Assembly: GCA_964532325.1 (NCBI GenBank)
Contig: CAZHGS010000013.1
Span: 3,396-67,395, forward strand
From: an uncultured Gemmatimonadaceae bacterium
GTDB lineage: Bacteria; Gemmatimonadota; Gemmatimonadetes; Longimicrobiales; Gaopeijiaceae
Direction: 5' to 3'
DNA length: 64,000 bases
Shown: positions 8,454 to 18,145 of the stretch, in pieces
Position numbering within the stretch: the first letter of the stretch is position 1
Layout of the letters: each line of letters starts with the position of its first letter
Made by a program: the position numbers and the translations under genes
The notes under the pieces: model-generated
What the model was told of the DNA's origin: nothing
What the model saw: the letters and a program-made list of their open reading frames with translations, nothing else
Databases searched by the model: none

Positions 8454-10613
8454 CTACGGAAGCGCCAGCGCGACGAGCGACCCCGGGAAATCCATGTGGA
8501 CGCTCCCGGTCTGGACCACGATGTACTGCTTCCCCTCGTGCATATACGTCATCATCCCGTACTGCGCAGGCGCCGGGAGGGGCACGCTCGCCAGGATCTC
8601 GCCGGTGGCCTTGTCACGGGCGTGGAGCTCGAGCGGAGCATCCGGGACGATCTGGGCCGTCCCCTGGCTCAGGGCCCGGGTCTGGACGAGGAGACTCCCG
8701 GTGACGATCTGGATGGACCAGCCGTTCCCTCCGGAATTCGGCACCTCGACGCCGGCCAGCCTCGGGTGGTTGCGGATCTGCTCCCGAGTCTCCCCGACGG
8801 GGATCGTCCAGATCCGCCGGCCCGTGCCCATCCGGTGCGCCGAGAGCGCGTTGTCGAGCGGGCGCCAGAGACGCAGCCCGTCGATCGTCTCGAGACCGCC
8901 CCCACCGCCGGGCAGCCAAGCGGCCACCGTCGTTCCCGTTGTCGGCGTGTAATTCGGCGTCGCGTACCCGGCCCCGGGCGCGGCGTATTCCTCCCTCGGA
9001 TCGTCGATCCCACCCGTGGGCTCCATGAAGGCCGGGGCCGTGCAGTTCCGGGTGTGGGAGGAATAGAGTAGACCGGTCTCCGGGTCCGCCGTCGGGGGGT
9101 GCGGGATGACGTTCCCGCCGCCCTGACACCCCACATTGTTCAGGAACTCATTCGTGTGGTCGTGCGGGAGCGGCGGGACATAGAGTCCGCCGACCCGGTA
9201 GTTGCTCAGGATCTCGAGCGCCTCCGCGCGGAGCTCCGGGGTGTAGTCGATCACGAATTCCTCGGTAAGCCCGCTCAGGACGATCGGGTCCACCGGCTCG
9301 GGAAGCGTCGGGTACGGCTGCGTCGGGGAGGTGTAGTTGCCCGGCACCTCGGTCTGGATCACCGGCCGCTCCTCGATGGGCCAGAGCGGTTCGCCCGTCT
9401 CGCGGTTGAATGCGAAGACCAGACCCTGCTTCGTGCTCTGGACGAGGGCGGGGACCCGCTCACCGTCCACCGTGAGATCCATCAGGATCGGGGCAGCCCC
9501 GATGTCGTAGTTCCACTGGTCGCTGTGGTGGATCTGGAAGTGCCACCGGCGCTCCCCCGTCGCCACGTCCAGCGCGAGAACGCTTCCGCCGAAGAGGTTG
9601 TCGCCCGGCCGGTGGCCCGTGTAGGTCTGCACTGTGGAGGCGTTCGTGACGATGTACACGAGCCCCAGCTCGGGATCGGCCGAGGCGGGAGCCCACGACG
9701 ACATGTCGCCGGAGAACTGCCACGCATCGTTCTCCCACGTGTCGTGGCCGAACTCGCCGGGCCTCGGAATCACATGGAACTTCCAGAGGAACTCGCCTGT
9801 CCGCGCATCGAATCCCATGATGTCACCGGGAACATTCTCGATACGGGTCTGCTCGTAGCTGGGCTCGTGCCCGACGAGAACCACGACCACCCCATTGACC
9901 ACGATCGGTGGCGACGAGCTCGTCACCATGCCGAGTTCCCTCGGGATCCCGTAGTCCGGATCGTAGGTGCCGCCACCGGCGACGTAGTCCTGCCACCGGC
10001 CCCAGTCGCCGAGGAGGTCGGGGAGAAGGTCGACGACACCTGTTCCCGAGAAACTCTCGAGCGGCACCCTAGCTCCCCACTCCTCGAGCGGCCGTCCGGT
10101 CTTCGCGTCGAGCGCCCAGAGGAAGAAACCCGGCGTCGTGATGTAGATCACGCCCCGGCCATCCACCTCTCCGTAGGCCACCCCCTTTCCGTAGGCCTGC
10201 CGGGGCGAGCGCAGGTGCCGGACCGTCTCGGGCTCACGGAAGGTCCAGAGCGTCTCCCCCGTCGCCGGATCGATTGCCACCACCTGCCGGCGCGGCGTGG
10301 CCACGGTGTAGAGCAGTCCGTCGGCGTAGACCGGGGTGGAGCGGAAGAAGTAGTCGATGTTCGGACCGAAGTTGTCGCCGCGCCATATCCAAGCCACCTC
10401 GAGATCCTCGAAGTTCGCGGCATCGATCTGGTCAAGCGGAGACGATCGCGTGTGCCCCGCGTCACCCCCGAGGTAGCGCCACTCCCCGTTCTCCGTTCCG
10501 GGAAGGCGCTGTGCGGAGAGAGGAGTGCCGGCCCCGATGGTGAGCGCCAGACCAAGAGTGAGAGCGAGAGTCCTGGCTGCGCATCGGCGCGGGAACATCC
10601 GGGTGCTCTTCAT
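8454..10613 (-). CDS. PQQ-dependent (quinoprotein) dehydrogenase, secreted
   Basis: Signal peptide. N-terminal GENGEWRYLGGDAGHTRSSPLDQIDAANFEDLEVAW is typical of quinoprotein glucose/alcohol dehydrogenases. Repeated W-containing propeller motifs run through the 719 aa. Confidence 0.85.
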   Translation of the reverse strand: MKSTRMFPRRCAARTLALTLGLALTIGAGTPLSAQRLPGTENGEWRYLGGDAGHTRSSPLDQIDAANFEDLEVAWIWRGDNFGPNIDYFFRSTPVYADGLLYTVATPRRQVVAIDPATGETLWTFREPETVRHLRSPRQAYGKGVAYGEVDGRGVIYITTPGFFLWALDAKTGRPLEEWGARVPLESFSGTGVVDLLPDLLGDWGRWQDYVAGGGTYDPDYGIPRELGMVTSSSPPIVVNGVVVVLVGHEPSYEQTRIENVPGDIMGFDARTGEFLWKFHVIPRPGEFGHDTWENDAWQFSGDMSSWAPASADPELGLVYIVTNASTVQTYTGHRPGDNLFGGSVLALDVATGERRWHFQIHHSDQWNYDIGAAPILMDLTVDGERVPALVQSTKQGLVFAFNRETGEPLWPIEERPVIQTEVPGNYTSPTQPYPTLPEPVDPIVLSGLTEEFVIDYTPELRAEALEILSNYRVGGLYVPPLPHDHTNEFLNNVGCQGGGNVIPHPPTADPETGLLYSSHTRNCTAPAFMEPTGGIDDPREEYAAPGAGYATPNYTPTTGTTVAAWLPGGGGGLETIDGLRLWRPLDNALSAHRMGTGRRIWTIPVGETREQIRNHPRLAGVEVPNSGGNGWSIQIVTGSLLVQTRALSQGTAQIVPDAPLELHARDKATGEILASVPLPAPAQYGMMTYMHEGKQYIVVQTGSVHMDFPGSLVALALP

Positions 10614-10985
10614 GCCGTTTTCCTCACGGAGAGAGTGCGGGGCCAGCCGGTCCGCTCAAGCCGATGAACGGACGACGCGGGAATCGTAGGCTTGTGCGTC
10701 CTCAGGTGTCAACGCGATCCGCAATGGAATGCCGGACAACACGGCCCGCGGCCGGCAACAGCACGCGGAGGGGTTCTCGGGCGCTCCCGCAAGACGCCGC
10801 GTTGAGTGCGGCCGTCGCTCGTGGTACATTTTGCGGCCGGCACCGTCTGGAGCCGATGAACGGCGAGCTGAGAGCGTGACGCCTCCGTCGCGTCCGGACA
10901 GCCCGGGGTCGCCCGGCCGTGTCCGGCGTTGCCGGCTCCGTCAGCCTGCCCTTCCCCGAGCACCTCCCACTCCGAACCGACTGCC

Positions 10986-11456
10986 ATGGGACGCTCCGCC
11001 ACTAGAGGTGCACCGGCCCGTATTCGGACGGTGGCCGCCGTTCTCTCGATGTCCCTCATCTGGACGGGATGCCAGGCTTCGGAGGCACGTGAGGACGCCG
11101 CCGCCGGTCTCTATTACGCACGCGGCGACACCCGTGTGGCGGACCCCGTGGTGCCGGGTGTCAGACAAACCGGGCCGAACCGCTATGAAGTGGTTGTCAT
11201 TGCCTTCGAGGGTGGCTTCGACCCCACGGAGATCAGGATTCCCGTGGGTGCCGAGGTACGCTTCCGCGTGCGGTCGGCGGACGTCGGCCACGGCATCCAG
11301 ATTGAGGGTACCGACATCGCGATCGAGGCCCCCGAGGGCGTCGGGTTCTCGGAAGCGACATACACCTTCACTGAAGCTGGCGAATACCCTTTCCTCTGCC
11401 ATATCTATTGCATCGGGGGACACGAACTGATGACGGGAGTCGTGATCGTCGAGTAG
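10986..11456 (+). CDS. Stand-alone CuA-type cupredoxin lipoprotein (cytochrome oxidase subunit II-like domain only)
   Basis: Lipobox-like LIWTGC. Ligand pattern H-x35-C-x3-C-x3-H-x2-M (VGHGIQ ... LCHIYCIGGHELM) equals the binuclear CuA motif. No transmembrane helices of COX2 and no COX1 gene nearby. Confidence 0.75.
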   Translation: MGRSATRGAPARIRTVAAVLSMSLIWTGCQASEAREDAAAGLYYARGDTRVADPVVPGVRQTGPNRYEVVVIAFEGGFDPTEIRIPVGAEVRFRVRSADVGHGIQIEGTDIAIEAPEGVGFSEATYTFTEAGEYPFLCHIYCIGGHELMTGVVIVE

Positions 11457-11653
11457 CACGGCCGGCGGGCAGCGGGCTTGAGCGCAAGCGGCACCGGTCG
11501 GCGCCACTACGGGGAGCAAGGATGATGCGAGGCCGATGCACACGGCACGGGCCGTGGAGGTGGATCCCGCTCCTCGCCCTGATCCCTCTCCTCTCCGCCC
11601 CGCCCGGAGCATTCGCCCAGGCCGGGGCGACGACCGATGCCGATCTCCCTGCG

Positions 11654-12268
11654 ATGATTCCAATCTTCCCCCTCTCCGACGTCACGCTCTTTCCCAACGT
11701 GCGGCGTCCGTTCCACGTCTTCGAGCCGCGATACAGGGCAATGGTGGCGGATGCCCTCGAGGGCGACCGGATCATCGGGATGGTGCACCTCGAGCCCGGC
11801 TATGAAGCCGACTACCAGGGGCGCCCCCCCGTCTATGCTGTGGGTTGCGCGGGTGTGATCGTGGGCTCCGAGCAGCTGCCGGACGGCCGCTACAACATCG
11901 TCCTCGAGGGCCTGACCAAGTTCCGGATCGTGAGCGAGGATGAGAGCCGCCCCTACCGCCTCGCCAGAGTCGAGTCACTCGAGGAGACGCTCGCTGCGGA
12001 GGACCGGCCCGTTCTCGAGGAGCGGAGGCGGCAGCTCGAGGAAGCGCTCACCGATCTCTTCCCGGGAGCCGATCTCCCGCTCTCGGAGTTCTCCGACGTG
12101 GAGATCGTCGACGAGCTCTCCCTCACGCTCCCGCTCCCACCGGCGCGCCGCCAAGAGCTTCTCGAGGCCGACGGAACACTCGCACGCGCCTCCCGGCTGA
12201 TCGGCCTCCTGCGTGGTAGCGTTCAGGCTGCACGCCGGGCGCGGACGAACGGGGCGCCTGTCGAGTGA
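11654..12268 (+). CDS. LON substrate-binding (Lon N-terminal) domain protein
   Basis: MIPIFPLSDVTLFPNVRRPFHVFEPRYRAMV is the canonical start of stand-alone LON N-domain proteins. An upstream in-frame ATG at 11522 would add a signal-like extension, which I consider less likely. Confidence 0.7.
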   Translation: MIPIFPLSDVTLFPNVRRPFHVFEPRYRAMVADALEGDRIIGMVHLEPGYEADYQGRPPVYAVGCAGVIVGSEQLPDGRYNIVLEGLTKFRIVSEDESRPYRLARVESLEETLAAEDRPVLEERRRQLEEALTDLFPGADLPLSEFSDVEIVDELSLTLPLPPARRQELLEADGTLARASRLIGLLRGSVQAARRARTNGAPVE

Positions 12269-15105
12269 GTCGTACCGCCGTCGGTCCCTCCGGACTGGCG
12301 CATACGCGGAGGTGCAAGGCAGCTACGTCCGTCGCCGCCGTCGCACTTCTGCTCACGCCCCCATCCGCCTCCGGCCAGACGTCGACAGAGGGACAGGGCG
12401 ACCTCCCGCCCCCGGAGGCGGTCCCGGGTGCCCCCGGATATCGCCATGAACTCGCTCCGAGAGCGCTCGCGGTCCGCGCCACAGGCGAAATCATCCTCGA
12501 CGGCCGGCTGAACGAATCCGTCTGGCGCGAAGCGCCGCCGGTGACGGAGTTCATCCAGGAGGATCCGGCCGAAGGGGAGCCGGCCACGCAGCGGACGGAG
12601 TTCCGGGTCGCTTACGACGAGGTCGCGATCTACATCGGTGCGACGCTGTACGATTCGGACGAGGTGACCACGCGGCGCGCGCGGCGTGATCCCCGGCGGG
12701 GTGACTTCGACTTCATCCAGGTCGGGCTCGACAGCTACCACGACCACGAGACCGTCTACCGGTTCTCCGTGAATCCGTCAGGCACGAGGCGTGATGCTGT
12801 TTCCGGGCGCGGGCGGGGAGGACCTGGAGGAAGAGGAGGAGGCGACGACTCCTGGGATCCGGTCTGGGAAGCCGCCACCGAGATCCATGCGTCGGGATGG
12901 TCGGCCGAAATGCGGATCCCGTTCAGCCAGCTGCGCTTCCAGCCGGATGAAGAGCAGGTCTGGGGCATCGAGTTCCGGAGGAACATCCACCGCAACCAGG
13001 AGACCGTGACCTTCCCGTTCGTGCCAACGCTCGAGCAGGGAGGGGCTTCCCGGTTCGCCCATCTCGACGGAATCGCGGGCATCGAACCGGGACGCAGGCT
13101 CGAGCTCATGCCGTACCTGGCCGGACGTGCCGAGTACCTCGTCGAGGGCGATCCAGGCGGGATCGGCTTCAACAACCCGTTCGGGAGCGGCCCCGATCAC
13201 CTCGCAGCCGCGGGTGCGGATCTCAAGTACCGCCTGACGTCGAACGTGACCGTCGACGGCACTGTGAATCCCGACTTCGGACAGGTGGAGCTTGATCCGT
13301 CTGTGATTAACCTAACCGCCTACGAAACCCGGTATCAGGAGCGGCGGCCGTTCTTCGTCGAAGGCGCCGACGTGTTCCGCTTCGGCGAGGGAGGACCCGG
13401 TGGCGGTGGCACCGTCCCCGCGCCCCAACTCCTCTATTCCCGCCGGATCGGGAAGCCACCCTCCGGCGCCGTGCCGTCCGAGGCCATTTTTTCGGACGCG
13501 GCGCCCTGGACCACCATCCTCGGTGCGGCGAAGATGACCGGCCGGATCGGCAACGGGTGGTCTCTCGGGCTCCTCGAGGCCATCACCGCCCGGGAGACGG
13601 CCCTCTATGTTGACGCAAGCCAGCGGATCACCGAGGCGGTGGTCGAACCCCGGGCCAACTTTCTCGCCGGGCGCCTGCGCAGGCAGATGCGGGGTGGCGA
13701 CAGCCGATTCGGACTCATGGCCACGGCCGTGCACCGCGATCTCGCGGGGACGGGGCTCGCCGGACGCCTGCGCTCGGCTGCCTACGCTGGCGGAGTGGAC
13801 TTCGGCCATGAGTGGTCAGACCGGACCTACCAGGTGACGGGCACCTTCCAGCTGAGCCGGCTGGAGGGCGATCCAGATGCTCTTGTTCGCGCCCAGCGGT
13901 CGTCGGCGCGGTACTTCCAGCGGCCCGACGCGGACCACCTCAAGCTAGATCCTGCGCGGCCGTCGCTCTCCGGCTACTACGCAGGGGCAACCGCCGCCAA
14001 GCAGGCCGGCGCGTTCGGGGCACGGATCGCCGCTGCCGCCATCAGCCCCGGCTACGAGGTCAATGACCTCGGGTTCCAGCCGGCCGCTGACCGGCTTGTC
14101 ATCGACACGAATCTGAGCTACAACCAACCGAATCCGGGCCGGTTCCTCCGGCAGTGGAACGTCAGGGGAAGTCCCGACGCGATGTGGAACTACGGGGGCG
14201 ACCGCATCTTCATGCAGGTCAACGGCAACTTCGGCTGGGAGCTCCTGAATTACTGGGGCGGGGACGTACGGTTCGCCTACACGCCGCCCCACGACGACGA
14301 CCGGCTGACCCGGGGCGGACCCCTCGCGCGCACGCCGACGGTGTACGGCGGATGGCTCAACCTGAATTCCGACGCGAGACGCTCGGTCGTCGGGCAGACG
14401 AGCTGGAACTGGGAGAGGGACTCGACGGGTTCACGAAGCCACAGCGTCAACGCCAATGTTTCGGTGAGCGCAAGCGAGACTCTTGAGTTCCGCCTTGGAC
14501 CGTCGCTACAGCGGCGCCACGAGTCCGCGCAATACATCACATCCGTGGAAGATCCGCTCGCTACGCGCACCTATGGCCGACGCTACATCTTCGGCACGCT
14601 TGACCAGACGACGGTGTCGATGGAGGCGAGGGTGAACCTGACCTTCACGCCTGATCTCTCGCTTCAGCTCTACCTCGAGCCGTTCATCTCGACCGGTGAC
14701 TACGGCCACCTGAAGGAATTTGAGCGGCCGAACGCATTTCGCTTCCTCGAGTACGGGACAGACACGGGCACTGTCCGGGAGGACCGGGAGGGCGGATATT
14801 TCATCGACCCGGACGGGACGTCCCCGCCCGGCGCAGACGATGCGGTCCCATTCCACGTCCAGAACGAGGACTTCAGCTACCGGAGCCTGCTCGGAAGCTT
14901 CGTGCTCCGCTGGGAGTGGCGTCAGGGCTCAACCCTGTTTCTCGTGTGGCAGCAGCGCCGGCTTGACTCGCGCACCGGACACGGACCGGACGGGATGTCC
15001 CCTTGGGTAGGCGGCTTCGATCTCGGGCGGGACATCGGCGACATGGTCTCGACGCACCCCGACAATATCTTCGTCGTCAAGGCGAGCTACTGGCTGAACC
15101 CGTAG
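12265..15105 (+). CDS. DUF5916 / carbohydrate-binding family 9-like outer-membrane-type protein
   Basis: GTGA overlap with the upstream gene and a signal peptide. N-terminal ILDGRLNESVWREAPPVTEFIQ...EFRVAYDEVAIYIGA resembles the CBM9-like domain that heads DUF5916 proteins. The long C-terminal part has an alternating beta-strand-like pattern. Confidence 0.75.
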   Translation: MSRTAVGPSGLAHTRRCKAATSVAAVALLLTPPSASGQTSTEGQGDLPPPEAVPGAPGYRHELAPRALAVRATGEIILDGRLNESVWREAPPVTEFIQEDPAEGEPATQRTEFRVAYDEVAIYIGATLYDSDEVTTRRARRDPRRGDFDFIQVGLDSYHDHETVYRFSVNPSGTRRDAVSGRGRGGPGGRGGGDDSWDPVWEAATEIHASGWSAEMRIPFSQLRFQPDEEQVWGIEFRRNIHRNQETVTFPFVPTLEQGGASRFAHLDGIAGIEPGRRLELMPYLAGRAEYLVEGDPGGIGFNNPFGSGPDHLAAAGADLKYRLTSNVTVDGTVNPDFGQVELDPSVINLTAYETRYQERRPFFVEGADVFRFGEGGPGGGGTVPAPQLLYSRRIGKPPSGAVPSEAIFSDAAPWTTILGAAKMTGRIGNGWSLGLLEAITARETALYVDASQRITEAVVEPRANFLAGRLRRQMRGGDSRFGLMATAVHRDLAGTGLAGRLRSAAYAGGVDFGHEWSDRTYQVTGTFQLSRLEGDPDALVRAQRSSARYFQRPDADHLKLDPARPSLSGYYAGATAAKQAGAFGARIAAAAISPGYEVNDLGFQPAADRLVIDTNLSYNQPNPGRFLRQWNVRGSPDAMWNYGGDRIFMQVNGNFGWELLNYWGGDVRFAYTPPHDDDRLTRGGPLARTPTVYGGWLNLNSDARRSVVGQTSWNWERDSTGSRSHSVNANVSVSASETLEFRLGPSLQRRHESAQYITSVEDPLATRTYGRRYIFGTLDQTTVSMEARVNLTFTPDLSLQLYLEPFISTGDYGHLKEFERPNAFRFLEYGTDTGTVREDREGGYFIDPDGTSPPGADDAVPFHVQNEDFSYRSLLGSFVLRWEWRQGSTLFLVWQQRRLDSRTGHGPDGMSPWVGGFDLGRDIGDMVSTHPDNIFVVKASYWLNP

Positions 15106-15309
15106 CGGGTTCCGGCCACTCGCGACGGGGCGTGGCGCGCGCCGGTTGCGGTCGGAGACGCCACGATATTTCGCTCTCTCCCCGGGAGCGTTACGTTGCC
15201 GAAGTGTCCAGCTGGATTCACGCCTACGGGGCACACGGCCCGTACCCCCGGTGGGCGCTTCGCACGGGCAGCGGCGGTCACGTCCTCACCAGCGAACCGG
15301 AGGGTTCGG

Positions 15310-16692
15310 ATGCGTACGATCAAGGATCTCAAGGATCTCTGGCTCCTGCTCGTCGGCCTCGGGCTGGCCATCACGCTCGGAGCCCCGGAGGCCGGAGCAG
15401 CACAGGAGGTAACCTACGCGGGAGATGTTGCTCACATCCTCCAGGAGAACTGCGTACGGTGCCACCGTCCTGGCACGGCCGCGCCGATGTCGCTCCAGAC
15501 CTACGAGCAGGTGCGGCCCTGGGCACCGATGATCAAGGAAGCGGTCGTGAACCGGATGATGCCACCGGGCTGGTACGTCGACAGGACGGTCGGGATCCAG
15601 GATTTCAAGAACGACCCGTCGCTCCCTGAGGAGACGATCCAGACGATTGCGAATTGGGTGGACTCCGGGATGCCGATGGGAGATCCGTCCCTTCTGCCCG
15701 AACCGGTCGAATGGCGCGCCGAGCACGAGTACTGGCAGCTCGAGGACGACCAGGGCTGGGGACCGCCGGACCTCATCCTGACCTCGCCGCCTTACACCGT
15801 TCCGGCCGCGAGCGGTGACCAGTGGTGGGAGCCGGACGTGCCGATCAACAACGTCCTGAACACCCCCCTCGTCGACCGCCGGTGGGTCCGGGCCGTCGAA
15901 ACGCGGCCGGCCGACGCCGAGAGCGGATACGTCTTCCATCACGCCAACACCTTCATCACGCGTGAAGGGGAGACGTGGGAAGGCGGCGGGAGGCTTTCCG
16001 GCGCGGCCGTGGGAAAGAGAATGGACATGTATCCGTCCGATTCGGGGAAGCTCCTCCTCCCCGACGATATCGTGCACTTCGCGCTCCACCTCTATCCGAT
16101 CGGCCGGGAAGTCGCCAATGCGCGGATCCAAGTCGGGGTCTGGCTCTATCCGGAGAGCCAGGAGCCGGAGTACGTCACCCCCGACGAGATCTCGTTCAAT
16201 TCAGGCGAAAGCCGCGACCTTGGACTGCCCCGGTATACGGATCTCCTGATTCCGCCGAACGGGTACCAGCTTCTTCGCGGCCACTTCGTGCTCGACGAGA
16301 ATGCCCGGGTGCACTCGATCCGCGGTCACATGCATCTGCGCGGCGGATACCAGATGATGGAGGTCGTATACCCGGACGGGAGGCGCGAGGTGATCAACAA
16401 GATCGACTGGAATCACCTCTGGCACACGACGCACGTCTATGAGGACTGGGCCCAGCCGCTGCTTCCGAAGGGGACGCTGATCATCGCCACCTCGCTTCTG
16501 GACAACACGGCGAACAATCCGTCCAATCCCGATCCGGACCAATGGGTGGTCTACGGGAGGAGAAGTGCGAGCGAGATGGCACACGTCCGCTTCGGGATGA
16601 CGTACATCCCGGATGAAGACTTCGAGGATATGGTCGTCGAGCGGGAACGTATCCTGAGAGACAGGGAGACCCGACCCGCCGCCGACCAGTGA
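15310..16692 (+). CDS. Cytochrome-c-fused PHM/DBH-like copper monooxygenase (L3, third paralog)
   Basis: ATG 15310 after GGAGGG. Signal peptide, CVRCH heme motif, then YVFHHANT, ALHLYPI, GHMHLRG and SEMAHVRFGMTY. Collinear with L1. Confidence 0.85.
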   Translation: MRTIKDLKDLWLLLVGLGLAITLGAPEAGAAQEVTYAGDVAHILQENCVRCHRPGTAAPMSLQTYEQVRPWAPMIKEAVVNRMMPPGWYVDRTVGIQDFKNDPSLPEETIQTIANWVDSGMPMGDPSLLPEPVEWRAEHEYWQLEDDQGWGPPDLILTSPPYTVPAASGDQWWEPDVPINNVLNTPLVDRRWVRAVETRPADAESGYVFHHANTFITREGETWEGGGRLSGAAVGKRMDMYPSDSGKLLLPDDIVHFALHLYPIGREVANARIQVGVWLYPESQEPEYVTPDEISFNSGESRDLGLPRYTDLLIPPNGYQLLRGHFVLDENARVHSIRGHMHLRGGYQMMEVVYPDGRREVINKIDWNHLWHTTHVYEDWAQPLLPKGTLIIATSLLDNTANNPSNPDPDQWVVYGRRSASEMAHVRFGMTYIPDEDFEDMVVERERILRDRETRPAADQ

Positions 16693-16716
16693 TCGCGCGG
16701 GCACGGGACTAGCAGC

Positions 16717-16760
16717 GATCCGGATCCGGATCCGAGGCAACGTCGAGGTCCGGATCCGGC
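16717..16760. repeat. (GATCCG)3 tandem repeat plus repeated 10-bp palindrome CCGGATCCGG
   Basis: GATCCG x3 at 16717-16734. Perfect CCGGATCCGG at 16720-16729 and 16750-16759, and a 9/10 copy at 16726-16735. Located between L3 and the next CDS. Confidence 0.6.
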
Positions 16761-16895
16761 CGCGACACGTTTGTCGGGTCACCGGAAAGCCGGTGCCGAG
16801 TCCGCGAGTCGGGGATTCATGGTCCGGCACAGTCCGGGGGAACCGCCACTTCGTCTAGAGCGCATCCAGTCACCCAAGGCCAACAAGGTGAAACA

Positions 16896-17948
16896 ATGAG
16901 ACCGGGATCCGCCGCTTCATTGGTCGCAGCAGTCTCCGCGCTGGTTCTTCTAGGTTCTCCAGCTCCTGGAGCGGGGCAAGCTCAACCTTCCACCGGCGCC
17001 ATCCCGAGAACGCCGGAGGGAATACCGGACCTGCAGGGAAACTGGTCCAATTCGACGCTGACGCCCTTCCAGCGCGAGGAGGGGCGCGGACCGGTCTTCA
17101 CCTGGGAGGAGGTCGCGGTACTTGAGCAGGGTCTGGACGGATGTCCCCCGAATCCCGGGACGGTCGAGTGCGGGCGCGAGGACAACCAGGACGACGCATC
17201 CCTCACCAACGAGGTCCGGTTGCGGGGTGCGGAATACAACGAGGTCTACTGGGAGAGGGGCACGCGGATCGCCATCGTGAATGGTGAGCCCCGCACCTCT
17301 CTCGTGACCCGGCCCCGGGACGGGCGCATACCGGCGCGCACCGAGGCGGCCCAACAAGCACTCCGGGAACGTCAAGAATTCCGGAGCCGGTTCGAGCCGT
17401 ACGACCATGTCGAGTTGAGGCCGTTCGCCGAGCGCTGTATCCTCTTCGGTTCCCCGTCCGGACCTCCGATGATGCCGGTCGGGGCCTACAACTCGAACTA
17501 CGTGATCGTCCAGACACCCGACCACGTGATGATCATGTCGGAGATGGTCCACGACGCACGGATCATCCGGCTGGGAGACCCGAACCCGCTTGCGAAGCAT
17601 GTCCGTCCGTACTTCGGCGACTCCTGGGGCCGTTGGGAGGGCGATACCCTCGTGGTCGAGACCACGAACATCAGCCCGAGCCAGTTGATCTCGGGCGGGC
17701 CCCTCTCGGAAGACGCGAGGGTCACCGAACGGTTCACTCTCGTCGATCCAGAGACGATCCTCTACGAGTTTACGGTCGATGACCCCAAGACATTCGTCGA
17801 AGCGTGGGGCGGCGAGATCCCCATCAACCGCCTCCACGCCCGGGTCTACGAATACGCGTGCCACGAGGGAAACTACAGCCTCGAGGGCGTGCTGAGCGGA
17901 GCCCGCTACCAGGAGGCGATGGAAGCGGCGGAGGTCGGTCGGGAGTAG
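16896..17948 (+). CDS. Secreted hypothetical protein
   Basis: Signal peptide (LVAAVSALVLLGSPAPGAGQA), IPDLQGNWSNSTLTPFQR block, balanced composition. Not similar to S1/S2. Confidence 0.6.
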   Translation: MRPGSAASLVAAVSALVLLGSPAPGAGQAQPSTGAIPRTPEGIPDLQGNWSNSTLTPFQREEGRGPVFTWEEVAVLEQGLDGCPPNPGTVECGREDNQDDASLTNEVRLRGAEYNEVYWERGTRIAIVNGEPRTSLVTRPRDGRIPARTEAAQQALRERQEFRSRFEPYDHVELRPFAERCILFGSPSGPPMMPVGAYNSNYVIVQTPDHVMIMSEMVHDARIIRLGDPNPLAKHVRPYFGDSWGRWEGDTLVVETTNISPSQLISGGPLSEDARVTERFTLVDPETILYEFTVDDPKTFVEAWGGEIPINRLHARVYEYACHEGNYSLEGVLSGARYQEAMEAAEVGRE

Positions 17949-18145
17949 GCGCTGGGAGGTCCGTCACCACCGGGCGCAGGGGCCACACCGAACTTCCGGT
18001 TCCGTCGAGCGGGACACGTCCGTTCGGCTCTCCGGACTAAAGCGACACCTCCGCACTGGGCGTCTGCCACGTGCCGGGGGGGCCAGCATCGGCCGGCACT
18101 CGGGTCCGACCGGTAGCCGTTCGTCCGGTCCGCATGGCCAACCCG

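Noticed and set aside
9099-10667. Long plus-strand ORF (522 aa) and many similar long ORFs, e.g. 773..1471(-), 2080..2934(-), 22112..23359(+), 23322..25034(+), 26669..28294(+), 29484..30989(-), 46017..47837(+), 50550..52202(+), 60771..62345(+).
   Set aside because: Each lies antisense to, or out of frame with, a gene carrying strong family motifs. Their translations are Arg/Pro/Gly/Asp-rich low-complexity strings, typical of stop-free shadow frames in high-GC DNA.
10658-10863. 13-nt direct repeat AGCCGATGAACGG at 10658-10670 and 10851-10863 in the quinoprotein/cupredoxin divergent region.
   Set aside because: Exact 13-mers repeated once are expected by chance in 64 kb, and there is no palindromic or phased structure.
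11522-11653. Signal-peptide-like extension on the LON N-domain protein if translation starts at ATG 11522.
   Set aside because: LON N-domain proteins are cytoplasmic and typically start at the MIPIFPL-type motif found at 11654. The longer form is kept only as an alternative.
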